Shown here one piece after another: positions 42,355-55,623 of a DNA stretch of 64,000 nucleotides. Within the stretch, counting starts at the first letter, position 1; the number at the start of each line of letters is the position of its first letter. Under the pieces are notes generated by a model. That model saw only the letters and a program-made list of their open reading frames with translations. It was not told where the DNA came from and searched no databases. Source of the stretch: Octopus sinensis (lineage: Eukaryota). The stretch covers positions 10,167,360 to 10,231,359 of the forward strand of contig NC_043019.1 in assembly GCF_006345805.1 (NCBI RefSeq), in the 5' to 3' direction. A program made the position numbers and the translations under genes.

Positions 42355-43060
42355 TTGGTGGTTATAGTGAGCATGTTGTTTTCCCACACTCTCCTGGAGA
42401 GCTTAGCCATGGCAGCAGCAGCCTTCCCAATCCATCTGTTCAGCTCCGGCTCGAGGGACAGGCTGCTGGAGACCGTCGATCCCAGGTAAGTGTACCGAGC
42501 CTGCGTGCTGAGCACCCTACTCTATGGCAGCGAGAGCTGGACAGCATACACCTGGCAAGAATGCCGCCTCAGCGGCTTCCACATGCGGTGTCTTCGACGG
42601 ATCCTTGGCATCTCCTGGAAGGACCGAGTACCAAACGGAGTCATCCTAGAACAGACTAATATGCCAAGCGTGCATGCCCTCCTCGTGCGGAGACAACTGC
42701 GCTGGCTCGGACACGTCTGCCGCATGCAAGAAGGTCGCATGCCTAAAGACATCCTGTACAGCGAACTCACCACAGGATCCCGACCCAAGGGACGTCCACA
42801 GCTACGATACAGGGATGTGTGCAAGCGCGACCTGAGGACTGCCAACATCTGTGTGGACACGTGGGAGGAAACAGCTGCTGACAGGAGGAGGACAACTGCA
42901 GTAACACCCCACACGTACCCATCGATGTTTGTGTGCAGCAACTGTACCAAGGACTGCCACTCTAGAATTGGACTGTTCAGTCACAGCAGACGCTGCTCAT
43001 CATCAAAGTAGGCCCCACCCTTGGCGCGACCCATTGTCTATCAAGACAGACGGGAAAAAG
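42355..43060 (+). mobile_element. RTE (BovB-like) LINE 3' end with an inverted 5' segment (42355-42492)
   Basis: Plus-strand [20 protein letters not shown]...C2H2-like [21 protein letters not shown] followed by a short 3' UTR. The adjacent minus-strand segment encodes the immediately upstream peptide [45 protein letters not shown]. Confidence 0.9.
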
Positions 43061-43261
43061 AGAGAGATATGTATATATATATATGTATATATATATATGT
43101 ATATATATATATGTATATATATATATGTATATATGTATATATGTATATATATACATATATATATATATGTATATATGTATATATATACATATATATATAT
43201 ATGTATACATATATATATGTATATATATATACATATATATATATATGTATATATATATATG

Positions 43262-43308
<47 letters not shown>

Positions 43309-43351
43309 GTATATATATGTATATGTATATATATATGTATATATATGTATA

Positions 43352-43398
<47 letters not shown>

Positions 43399-43441
43399 GT
43401 ATATATATATATGTATATATATGTATATATGTATATATATG

Positions 43442-43476
<35 letters not shown>

Positions 43477-43484
43477 GTATATAT

Positions 43485-43486
<2 letters not shown>

Positions 43487-43522
<36 letters not shown>

Positions 43523-44570
43523 TTAGCGTCCGTTTTCCATGCTAGCATGGGTTGGACGGTTCTACTGGGGTCTGTGAAGCCAGAAGGCTTCATCAGGCCC
43601 AGTCAAATCTGGCAGTGTTTCTACGGCTGGATGCCCTTCCTAACGCCAACCACTCCGTGAGTGTAGTGGGTGCTTTTTACGTGCCACCCGCACTGGTGCC
43701 AGACAGAGCTGGCAAACGGCCATGAACGGATGGTGCTTTTTATGTGCCACCGGCACGAGGGCCAGGCGAGGCTGGCAACGGACACGAAACGGGGCGGTGC
43801 TGGCAACGGTCGCGAAACGGAAAGTTCTTTTACATGCCACCGGCACTGGTAACACATCTGCAATTTCCATTGATCGATTTCCATTGATCGATTTCGATTC
43901 TGATCCTCACTTGCCTCAATGGGTCTTCACAAGCAGAGTTTCGACATGCCACCGGCACTGGTAGCACATCCGCAATTTCCATTGATCGATTTCAATTCTG
44001 ATCCTCACTTGCCTCAACATGTCTTCACAAGTAGAGTTTTGTGTCCCAAGAAGGGAAGGTATGCATACGTAGGCTGGCTCCATCCCATGTAGAAGGCCAC
44101 GGGTTGTGGACTCACTTGTCCTGCCGGGTCTTCTCGCGCACAGCACACTTCCAGAGGTCTCGGTCTCTAGTCATTTCCTCAGTGAGACCTAAAGTTCGAA
44201 GGTCGTGCTTCACCACCTCGTCCCAGGTTTTCCTGGGTCTGCCTCTTCCACAGGTTCCCTCAACCGCTAGGGTGTGGCACTTTTTCACACAACTATCTTC
44301 ATCCATTCTCGCCACATGACCATACCAGCGCAAACGTCTCTCTTGCACACCACAACTGATGCTTCTTAGGTCCAGCTTTTCTCTCAAGGTACTTACACTC
44401 TGCCGAGTGTGAGTACCGGCATTACACATCCATCGGAGCATACTGGCTTCATTTCTAGCGAGCTTACGCATATCCTCAGCAGTCACGGCCCATGTTTCAC
44501 TGCCATGTAGCATGGCTGTTCGTACACACGCATCATACAGTCTGCCTTTCACTCTGTGCGAGAGGCCTTT
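43487..44570 (-). mobile_element. RTE LINE, young 5'-truncated copy (open C-terminal ORF, 600-nt 3' UTR, (GAT)n tail)
   Basis: [27 protein letters not shown]...[13 protein letters not shown]...[17 protein letters not shown]...*, with no disruptions. Confidence 0.9.
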
Positions 44571-44598
44571 ATATATATATGTATATATATATATATAC

Positions 44599-44643
<45 letters not shown>

Positions 44644-44763
44644 TATATACATATATATATATGTATATATATATATGTATATGTATATATATACATATAT
44701 ATATATGTATATATATATATGTATATATATATATGTATATATATATATGTATATATATATATG

Positions 44764-44881
<118 letters not shown>

Positions 44882-44897
44882 CATATATATATACATA

Positions 44898-44963
<66 letters not shown>

Positions 44964-44964
44964 G

Positions 44965-44997
<33 letters not shown>

Positions 44998-45106
44998 GTA
45001 TATGTATATATATGTATATATATATATATGTATATGTATATATATGTATATATATATGTATATATATATATATGTATATATATACATATATATATATGTA
45101 TACATA

Positions 45107-45137
<31 letters not shown>

Positions 45138-45258
45138 GTATATATATATATGTATATATATATGTATATATATATATATGTAAATATATATATGTATATA
45201 TATATATGTATATATATGTATATATATATGTATATATATATGTATATATATATATATG

Positions 45259-45387
<129 letters not shown>

Positions 45388-45453
45388 ATGTATATGTATA
45401 TATACATATATATATATGTATATATATATATGTATATATATATGTATATATAC

Positions 45454-47212
45454 TTTTTTACCACTGCAGATATAGAATCAGAGGCGGCGACGTTAAAGTA
45501 CATCGATATAAAGGAAGATGATGTAATAAAGGCTATAGATGAAATGAAAATAGACTCAGCTATTGGCCCCGATGGATTCCCGGCAATCCTCTTAAAAGTA
45601 TGTAAGAGAGTCTTAGCAAGACCACTGCAGTTCCTCTTTCAGAGCTTCCTTGCAGCTGGCAAACTCCCAAGAAAACTGAAGGAAGGTAAAATATGCCCTA
45701 TTCATAAGGGAGGTAGCAGAGCGGAGGCCAAGAACTACAGACCTATCTCTCTGACCTCACACATCAGCAAGGTCATGGAACGAATAGTCAGAAGGAAACT
45801 AATCACCTTCCTTGAAGAAAATGACTTGCTGCCTGACACCCAACATGGTTTCCGACCAGGAAGAAGCTGCTTAACTCAGCTCCTGCAGCACTATGACTGG
45901 GTGCTGAAACAACTGCTCAACCACTCAAATGTGGAAGTCATATATCTCGACTTCGCAAAGGCCTTCGATAAAGTCGATCATGGAATGATATGTCACAAAC
46001 TGCGTGATCTTGGCATAGTTGGAAAACTAGGAGAATGGCTTCACGACTTTCTGAAAAATAGAAGTCAGGTGGTAGTAGCCAATGGGGCCACTTCCATTAG
46101 CACGCAAATAGTGAGCGGTGTTCCACAGGGCACTGTTTTGGGACCACTACTGTTCATAATGGCCCTCTCAGACATGCCCTCAGCCACGCGGAGAGCCACG
46201 ATCACAAGTTATGCAGATGATACAAAAGTTTCACAGGTAATACAGAACCCTGAAGACACTAGGCACCTGCAATATGAGCTGGACGAAATTTACAAGTGGG
46301 CTGAAAAGAATAGCATGCAATTCAATGCTGAAAAGTTTCAAGCTTTATACTATCAGCATGCAAAACTGAATGCAATACCCAAGGAATACACTGGACCCGG
46401 AGGGATTGCAATCCCAGAGGCACAATCAGTGCGTGACCTGGGTATTCACATGAGTGATGACGCGACCTTTCATGTACGTGTTGCTAAACTGACAGTGAAA
46501 TGCAGACGCCTGGCTGGATGGATTCTTAGAACCTTTAGAACAAGAGAACAGGAAACCATGATGTTCCTCTGGAAGACACTTGTCCTAAGTCACTTTGACT
46601 ATTGCTCTCAGCTATGGTCACCATCCAGTGTCAAGTTGATCACAGAACTTGAGGCGATCCAACGAAGCTACACGAAGAAGATAGCCTCTATGCAGAATGT
46701 AAGCTACTGGGAAAGACTCAAGAGATTAAAATTATATTCCCTGGAGCGTAGGCGGGAAAGATATGCCATAATATACATCTGGAAGATCCTGGAGGGAAGC
46801 GTCCTGAACTTTGGCATCGAGAGTTACGCAAACGCCAGAACTGGGCGCCACTGCGTGGTGCCTAGGACTCCAAACTTGCCATCAAGATGTAGGACAAGAT
46901 TCTGTGATAGCCTAGGCTTCCGAGGCCCACAGCTCTTCAATATCCTCCCGATGAACCTGAGAGACCTGCATGGGGTGGATGCAGATGTCTTTAAAATGGA
47001 GCTGGATCTCTTCCTGTCGGGTGTCCCAGATGAACCAACTTCACGGCAGGAGGGGCAGATGAGGGCAGCTGCATCGAACTCTCTCATGCACCAAATAGCA
47101 GTTGCTAGAAAGCCTCCATGAAGTGAAACCAAGTAGCAACACCAAATGGCGGTGCCCCAGCATGGCCACGGCTCATGAGCTGAAACTGGAATCAATCAAT
47201 CAATCAATCAAT
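45454..47212 (+). mobile_element. CR1-group LINE, 5'-truncated, with uninterrupted RT ORF (about 550 aa) and (AATC)n tail
   Basis: [69 protein letters not shown] at 46210-46221, stop at 47121, tail aatcaatcaatcaatcaatcaat. Confidence 0.95.
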
Positions 47213-47503
47213 ATACATATATATATATGTATATATATATATACATATATATATATATACATATATATATATGTATATATATATATACATATATATATAT
47301 ACATATATATATGTATATATATATATATACATATATATATATACATGTATATATATATATGTATATGTATATATATATGTATATATTTATATATATGTAT
47401 ATATATATATATATGTGTATATATATATGTATATATGTATATATATATGTATATATATATGTATATATGTATATATATATGTATATATGTATATATATAT
47501 GTA

Positions 47504-47534
<31 letters not shown>

Positions 47535-47789
47535 ATATATATGTATATATGTATGTATATATGTATATATATATATGTATATATGTATATATATATATGT
47601 ATGTATATGTATATATATATGTATATATGTATATATATATGTATATATGTATATATGTATATATGTATATATATATGTATATATGTATATATATATGTAT
47701 ATATGTATATATATATGTATATATATATATGTATATATGTATATATATATATGTATATATGTATATATATGTATATATATATATGTATG

Positions 47790-47844
<55 letters not shown>

Positions 47845-47887
47845 CTATGTATATATATATATGTATATATATATATGTATATATGTA

Positions 47888-48250
47888 TTTTTTTTTTTAT
47901 CTAGTTTTAGCTCACACGCTGTGGCTATGCTTGGGCACCGCTATTTGGTGTTACTACATGATTTTACTTCACGAATGCTTTTCAGCAATCGCCATCTGGT
48001 GCATGAGAGAGTTCGATGCAGCTGTCCTCATCTGCACCTCCTGTCGTGAAGTTGGTTCATCTGGGATACCTGACAAGAAGAGATCCAGTTTCATTTTAAA
48101 GACATCTGCATCCACCCCATGCAGGTCTCTTAGGTTCTTCGGGAGGATATTGAAGAGCTGTGGGCCTCGGAAGCCCAGGCTATCACAGTATCTTGTCCTA
48201 CATCTTGATGGCAAATTTGGAGTCCTTGGCACTATGCAGTGGCGCCCAGT
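47888..48250 (-). mobile_element. Second CR1-group LINE 3' end, inverted relative to 45454-47212, with poly(A) tail
   Basis: [37 protein letters not shown]...; reverse complement of 46840-47190 at roughly 85-90% identity by eye. Confidence 0.9.
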
Positions 48251-49289
48251 GAAAAAAAAAATCTTGTAAGCAAGCAACTGTAGATTTGTTTTCTAAAAAG
48301 AAATCTACAAGTCTGTCTTTGAGTGCTTGTGAATCCGCAATCACATCTACAAGTGATGGAGTGCACAAGTCTAGTGTGAGTGGAAATGATTCAGGAGATG
48401 ATTATAATAATAATAATAATAATAATTTTTTTTTGTATTATAAATGATCTTGACATTTATTTTACTTTTCATAAAATATTCTTTACATTCTACTGTTTAT
48501 TTATTTACAAGTATTATAAATTTTATAGTTAAAATATTTTTTGTTAGAAATTTTGGACTGGTCCTGCTATAAGTTATATCTTTAAATAAAGTTTTACACC
48601 TGTATTGTAACTCTTGTGAATGACTTGATTGTGAAATTCCTGTTGAGGGTGGGGTGGGGGTGAGGTCACTGCTGAGATGCGCATTAACTTGCAATTGGGC
48701 CACGTTAGTGAACTCCTGAAATGGCCTTAGATCTGTTTTTTGAGCTGGTTTTTTTGGAATTCTCTTATGCTCCTTAGACATCCACCTACCATGGATTGCT
48801 TTTTTAAAAACGAACTATTTTGAGATATTTTTAATCGAGGGGTAAAAAAACTTTTTTAGTCAATTGACATGTTTTAGTAATTAATTTTGGTTACCTATTT
48901 TAGTTGATTTGTATATACCTTTTCTTGACAGGCCTTTCTCTATATTTTGTATTTTCATGTGCATATATATTTTTTACCTTCTGTGTTTTTATTTATGTAT
49001 TCCTTTTATATGTTGAAGGCCATGGTAATGTTCATATATGATGAAATGTATGGAAGCATGGTGTTATATAAAATCGTTGGCCCAAATTTGATATATTTTC
49101 TCTAATCAATGTTTTGTTGTCTTTGTCTCAATTTCATTTGAGCACTTCTTTTTGCAGTCCTATAAACCCTTTTTGTTTCCATAGAACGAAGCAAAAGTTA
49201 TATCTTTTCTTATTCATTTGCTCATTAAGCATTTCATATAAACTGCATTATGACTAAACATTGTTTTAATGTTTTGACTAAAAATATCT

Positions 49290-49400
49290 CTATATTCAAG
49301 GAATGCATATATGGAATCACTTATTCATAAAACCACCGAGTTTAACAACCAGCTAAGATGGCGTGCCTTTTTCTTTGATTTGAAAAATAACAGAAAGGAC
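49290..49400 (+). mobile_element. Penelope-like ORF N-terminal relic
   Basis: MESLIHKTTEFNNQLRWRAFFF resembles the ..K.E....R.RWKAFFF N-terminal motif of PLE ORFs. Confidence 0.45.
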
Positions 49401-49459
49401 AATAATTATAGGAACGGAATGGAATTTCCAAATGGGAAATTCCATTCTGTTCCTATTAT

Positions 49460-50462
49460 TACTTGTTTTTCTAAAATGCACCACTGTAAATGTTCAATAA
49501 TATTGAGATCTGGGGACTGTGGGGGCCAGATAAGATGTTCAACTTCACTAGAATGTTCCTTGTGTCATTCAGTAACATTATCATCCTGAAAGATTGCGTT
49601 TCACTTCGGAAACTGTTCCACAACCATAGGATGAATTTGATCAGATAAAATGCTTAAATTGTCTTTACTATTAATTCTGCCATGAGGAGAAACCATTGGG
49701 CCAGCAAATTTCCAAGATATAGCCCCCCAGATCCTTCTTGTTTAACAGTTAGAAGAAGGCAGTCTGGGTCAAATGCTTCTTTTGACTGTCTCCACATGTA
49801 TACTCAGCCAGTGGTTGGAAATAAGGTAAGGGGTGACTTGTCCAAAATAATAACATTCCTCCAGTGCTCTAGGGACCAGTTCTGTAGGTTTTTACTCCAC
49901 TCTAAATGCTTTGCAACGTTTGTTTTTGAAAGTAGTGATTGCAGCCCTTCCCTGAAATCCAGTGTTGTGCAGCTCCCGGCAAACAGTTTTTGTGGAAACT
50001 GGGTTTTCGAGGTGGTCATAAAGCTCTGCAGTAATTTTGGGAGCTGTACTTTTGTGATCCTTTCTAACAATTTGTGTAAGAGTCCAACTGTCCCTGTCTA
50101 AAAATATTAATTTTCTTCCAGAGTTTTGTTTCAATGAGGAGGTTTTTCCTTCTTTCTCAAAGGCTGTCATTACTTTTGGGACAGTACTTCTTGATACACC
50201 AAACATTTCGGCTGTTTCGTTACACCAGTGCATGCCATATGAACACCAACCTTTTTGAAAGTCCGATAGATCTGTCATTTTAATGAATTTTAATTACCTT
50301 TTTCTGATGATATCTGAAAAGAAACAGTAATTTTAGCAAAACATATTAATCAACACTTATAATAAATCAAAAAACATAAAAATAAATTTTGACGGTTTTA
50401 TACATATTTCAAAACTATAATGCTACGATGCTAGGTGTTTCCATTATTTTGTCCAACCCTTG
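49460..50462 (-). mobile_element. Tc1-family DNA transposon, 3'-truncated and degraded
   Basis: TIR TA|caagggttggacaaaataatggaaacacct at 50433-50462. Transposase pieces: HTH (AEMFGVSRSTV), D(K)SPLTLFPTTG, FQDDN, WPPQSPDLNIIEH. Confidence 0.85.
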
Positions 50463-51385
50463 TACATACTGACTCACTACTTTGTGTTTCTTCCATTACT
50501 ACGGTAGTTCCATGGTTGTTAACTAGCCCCATACCACTTCCTCTCAGGCTCTTTGAACTCGTATTTCCTCTCATTACCTGTATTTCATCTACCCTTTATC
50601 CCAAGGGCTCTGCATTCACTTCCTATCCTTTTTTCCCTGAATGTTGGCCTTTTGGAATTTACTCTCTGCACATGTCATTTTCCTGTAACTATCAGCTTGA
50701 ACTATTCAAAAAGAGCATTAACCGTGTTGATTTCACCAGTTTTGGAAGACCTACAAAAGCCATAAGTACAGACCCATAACCATCAAAAGTCCTCAAAAAC
50801 TGATGAAACCCTTCCTCTAGATCAATAGCTAAATAAACATTATGGATGAAGGCATAGCTGTGTGGTTAAGAGATTTCCTTCACAACCTTGTTGTTCTAGG
50901 AAATGTCTTGTCCTGTGACCTCAAGTTATCTCTTAACCATCTTTGTAAAATTCGGTCAGTGGAAATGTATGGATGTTGCTTTTCTTGTGGAGTAGACATG
51001 ATCTGTTACTTAGACAACATCCACATCTGGTTTGTGAATTTCTTCACTGGAATTCACTTTTATGCAAACGTTTGGACTAGGTGTTCCATGTGAGAATGAC
51101 AAGATCTCCTTTTTACCCCATTAATCTTGGAGGTCCTTTATAATGTGACGTATGCTGCCCTTCCACCAAGTCAGTAAACAATTATTTTACAGCAAGACTG
51201 ATTATGTCTTTTCATTTCAATATATAGAAATGAGAAAATACATTTTTATAGAAACATTATAGTCTTGTGTTTATATCAAAATAAAAACTAATATTTCAAT
51301 TTTATTTTTCTGTTATTTTTGTTGATATATTATTAAAATAAATTAAATTTATTTTACTATGTTTTTGTGATTTTGTCTTTTCTAG

Positions 51386-51549
51386 AAACCCCAGCTGGTT
51401 TGTGGAGATGAAAAACTTTTAAAATTCATTACAAAACACTGCCCAATTTTACACGAAAAGTTCTGGCCAACATTTTGGTGTTTTGAAGCAAGAGCACAAA
51501 CAATCGTTCGGACAATTTTAAAATCTTCTCCTCATATTCCTTACCAAAG
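51386..51549 (+). CDS. ABHD3: ABHD3-like coding exon 2 (164 nt)
   Basis: KPQLVCGDEKLLKFITKHCPILHEKFWPTFWCFEARAQTIVRTILKSSPHIPYQ(S), similar to human ABHD3 KPQLVTGGESFSRFLQDHCPVVTETYYPTVWCWEGRGQTLLRPFITSKPPVQY. AG acceptor; AG|GTAAGT donor, phase 2. Confidence 0.93.
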
Positions 51550-52027
51550 GTAAGTACTTCTAATATATTTGGATTATGAAACTGATGTGTTGCTAAGCCA
51601 AAAAAGGAGCCTCTGTGTGGTTGCTTGACATGCTAGAAATAGCAAACAATTTCCATCAAACTACACCCTAACATATTAAAAAAATAATGGATAAATGTAG
51701 TTTTAGAGGCATTTTCTGAAAAAGGATGCATAGTCATGATTGGAATGCATTTGATCCAAAGTTTGTTCATTCAGGATTAGCCTTGGTCAAAATAACAACA
51801 TCTGACATATTACTTCACAGTTATTTCATCTCCCTTTTTTTAATTCAATGAATTTTGTTCTTAATTACTCTTTTTATTTAATCATTACATTCAGATACAG
51901 TGCTTGAAAACGTTTTAAGCTTATTCTATCAGTCTCTTTTGCTGAATCACTAAGTTACAGGGATGTAAACATACCAACATCAGTTGTCAAGTGATGGTGG
52001 GGGGGGGACAAACACAGATACACAAAG

Positions 52028-52071
<44 letters not shown>

Positions 52072-53262
52072 TAATCTTATCAGTCAGAAACTGGGACGAG
52101 GCACAACTGTTAAGTGACAAACAATGACAAAGGCTGTGGAAGTGTTTGCTGCTTGGTGAAAACTTTTACAGATTGCTTCCTCTCAGCCCATTTCTGAGTA
52201 AGACTGCCTCCTCCCTGCTTCTTATCTCATTTCTATTGTGGTCCACATGAAAGTCAGGGCTGAATCAGACCTCAAGTATTTAATCAGTGCATTGGTTCAA
52301 CACCTCCAGATTCTATCAAAGGCTATTGACTTACTTCTCCGGTTGCCTAGCTACAAATCCACCAAATCCATGTCTGGGTCATGTTTGTCCCTGCCACCAC
52401 CTTATATTCCTTCAGAATAGTATTATCTGCCTCCACTTGGGTAGTACTTGATACCATGATGGTGATGTCGTCTACATACCATCAGCATGGCCTTCCTGTC
52501 CTATTTAAATAAGGCTGTCCTTCAACAACTCTAGCTTCTGCAGCAGTGGTTTGGAAGCCAGCATGTTCAGAATCAGATATGAAAGGGCAGCATTCCTGTG
52601 GACCAAGCATGCAACATGAAACAGTTTCAGGAGGCAGCCATTTACATTGACCACCAAGCAGATGCTTCTCTGCATTACAGCAATCCAGACTCTAAAAATG
52701 GGCCTAAATCCAACTGCTTTCAGTACAGTTGCCAGGCAATTAAGGTTAATCCCATCAAATATTCTTCACTGATCTAAATTGATCAGGATCACACTGAAGC
52801 CTGCCTAATTTCTAACTCTCTCTCTCTGATGTATATGTTACCTCTTCTGGGCTCAAAACACTAGGAATTTTCCTGGTCTGCTGCTAATTATGATTAAAAT
52901 CCAGCAAGAGTTCATTAAGTGATAATGGCTCTGTGATTATGAAGTTTGCTGGTCAAAGGCAAAGGTTCAAGGTCAAAAGGTTCACAAACTTGTAGATCAA
53001 AGTTTGATCCCACTGTACAACAACTTGGGCAAGATGTCTTTTACTACACCCTTAGGTTGAGTAATGCTAAAGTAGAAGGGCAGATAGAAAAATGAAAATC
53101 CTTGAAGGTGGTACCCCAGTGTGTCCCCAGTTGAAATTAGACTGAAATTAAAATAAATAATTAAATAAAAAAAATAAAGAATAATAAATAATTTTTGGAT
53201 AAAATATTTTTGTCAGTTCAGAATGTATTTAAAGGCATTACAGCCATGACCATCCTATGTTT

Positions 53263-53316
<54 letters not shown>

Positions 53317-53651
53317 TGTGGGTGTGTGTGTGTGCATGTGCATGCACATGTGTGTGCACATACATAAATATATATTATTATAAATAAGGGTATCCAAGAG
53401 ATACCACCATGCTTGAAATAGCAGTCAAACTCTGACTCTAAAACCCACATCAAGTGTTCAATACAGCACAAGGTGAAAAGACAAATAGATGAATAAAATA
53501 GTAAAATCCGGGACCCCATTACTAGGAAAATTCCCGTAAGCAAGCACCTAGACCAATGCTCCATAGGCATAAACCCTAAATACCAAATTTTCCCCTTCTC
53601 TCAGTGCACTGGAAGCACTTCAACCCAATTCCATTTAAATAAGGGAAACAT

Positions 53652-55623
53652 GGGGGAGACCGGGGTCAGTTGACTCCATTCTTTACATTTTCACTGACAG
53701 AGCAACACCATTCAATGTATTCTGCTGCATCTTGTGTTACACACATAAAGCAACCACAGCAGAAGACTTACAAAGCTAGAGATCTCATCTGCTTATTGTC
53801 TGGATTTATATTTTGTGCATTTTCTAAGACCACTTAAATGTGTCAACTTGCCCCGATACTGGGACAAGTCTGATGCATAAGTCAGCCCCTCGATCCTAAG
53901 GTGGGAATCATGATTGTCCAGCAAGAAAAGGCACAGTGACTGCTTTGAACATTTCACATTCCTCACAAAGTGTTGAAGGAATTTCACAAACTGCTCTTCA
54001 CACATCCAACCAGATGGATTAGCACCTCTATCACTGCCTGATGGTCCATTGTTCAGGAAATGTGGCCTAAAGTTCTTCCTGGGAAAAACAAAAAACAGTG
54101 GTATGCTGTTTCCAACAGCATTTACACAGCATGCCAATGTGACCAGGGTTCCCCTCTCTGCACTTGTCATTTTTCCCACTTGCTTTGTTCCTTTTCTGGC
54201 AATAATTCTATCGGGGCGCTGCACAGTTGTTATGCCAGTTTCATCCATGTTGTAGATATTGAATGGATCAAATTTATACCAAAGTATCACCTCAGCAAGT
54301 TGGATGAAAAACATAGCAACATTTGTGTTGTTGAAACTTCTTGCTCGTGCCAAGCTTGTTGCCTGTGGACTTCTTATGGATAAATTCTTGTGTCGAAGAT
54401 ATCCAGAGAACCAGTCTTCTCCTACCATTTCTGTCTCATGCCAGGTTGGAGGGATATTACATCCATGTGCCTTTGCCATCTGAAAAGCCAATTTCCGCAC
54501 ATCCTTTGGAGCAAACCCATAGTAAATTTCTGCGGCAGCCAAAACATAAGCCTCTAACTGATTTTCAAACTCGTCGGTGAGAACTTGCCGTGGCTTTTTG
54601 TATCCACTAAGACTGTGGTTGTTGTTGTTTGCTTCAGTGGCCTTGGTGCAGTAGCAAGACAGATTTTAAAGGGATGCCGAATGTTCTCGAAGCTTCCTGC
54701 AAGGAGATGACACGAGCTTGGACCTGTTGAATTACATCCTGTGGAAGGGTTGCCCTCTCACTTTTGCATTTGTAGTGTCGCACCATGACAATTGTAGATC
54801 GAGGTCTGTAAAGAGAGAGAGAGGGAGAAAAAAAAGCAATTTAGCTCATTGCATAATCCAACAGTGAAAGCAAAACGAAGCTCTGAGTGTTTACCTACTT
54901 TTTAGTTTCAAGCATGCCTGGTCACGGCATAACTTCATGTTTATATATCAGTGGTACAGGTTACAAAGCTGAGGTAGTATACAAGCTGTTGACTAAATAG
55001 GTAGCGGTATAAAGATAGAATAGGTTGGTATAGATAAAGATAGCTGATCTAAAACTATAGCAAGCAATACATAAATTACTCAATGAATTGATCCAATGTA
55101 CCAGACATGAATCAAATAGCAAACACTCTGAGTTAAAATGGGAGAGACACAATCTGTGAATCAATGGAAGCAACCTACAACAACTTTATCAAAGGCTGGG
55201 GCAAGCTGACACACTGTGTCAATGTTCTCCTGTTTACATGTGTCAACTTGCCCCGACTCCATTTTCCTCGTAAATGTAAACACTGGGAGAAAACCACTAG
55301 GGTTTCGCAAGAATCCATTTGTATAGGGTCGTGAGAGATATTTTACTAACTCCTTAAGGTTTAATACACATAATGCAGTCTTAAACAATATCCAAAATAA
55401 CTAATTATCAAAAATGTTGAAAATAACTTACCAAGTGGATATTTCTAATGTTGTCTGCGTGGAGCAGACAAACTCTCACAACGGTGACGAAATCAAATGA
55501 GGGGGAAGCTTATACCAACAGCACTACTATGATGTCATTAAATTGTCCGAAAGTAGTTTCGCATTTTCTCTAGAGAAAATGTGTCAACTTGTCCCTGTAG
55601 TCAACTTGCCCTGGTCTCCCCTA
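53652..55623 (-). mobile_element. pogo/Tigger-like DNA transposon, internally deleted
   Basis: TIRs ggggagaccggggtcagttgac (about 53652-53674) and gtcaacttgccctggtctcccc (about 55600-55623). ORF 53793..54542 has a CENP-B-type HTH, YNMDETG, ERGTLVT..CCVNAVG and LLDNHDSH, then departs from transposase sequence. Degenerate start MVRHYKCK at 54786. Confidence 0.85.

Noticed and set aside
43660-43980. Repeat-spacer-like pattern (gtgccaccggcac units) reminiscent of a CRISPR array
   Set aside because: Units are irregular and degenerate, lie within the RTE 3' UTR found in many copies, and there are no cas genes in this eukaryotic context.
50790-50830. ctgatgaaac resembling a hammerhead core
   Set aside because: No stem II between CUGAUGA and GAAA and no stem I/III pairing.
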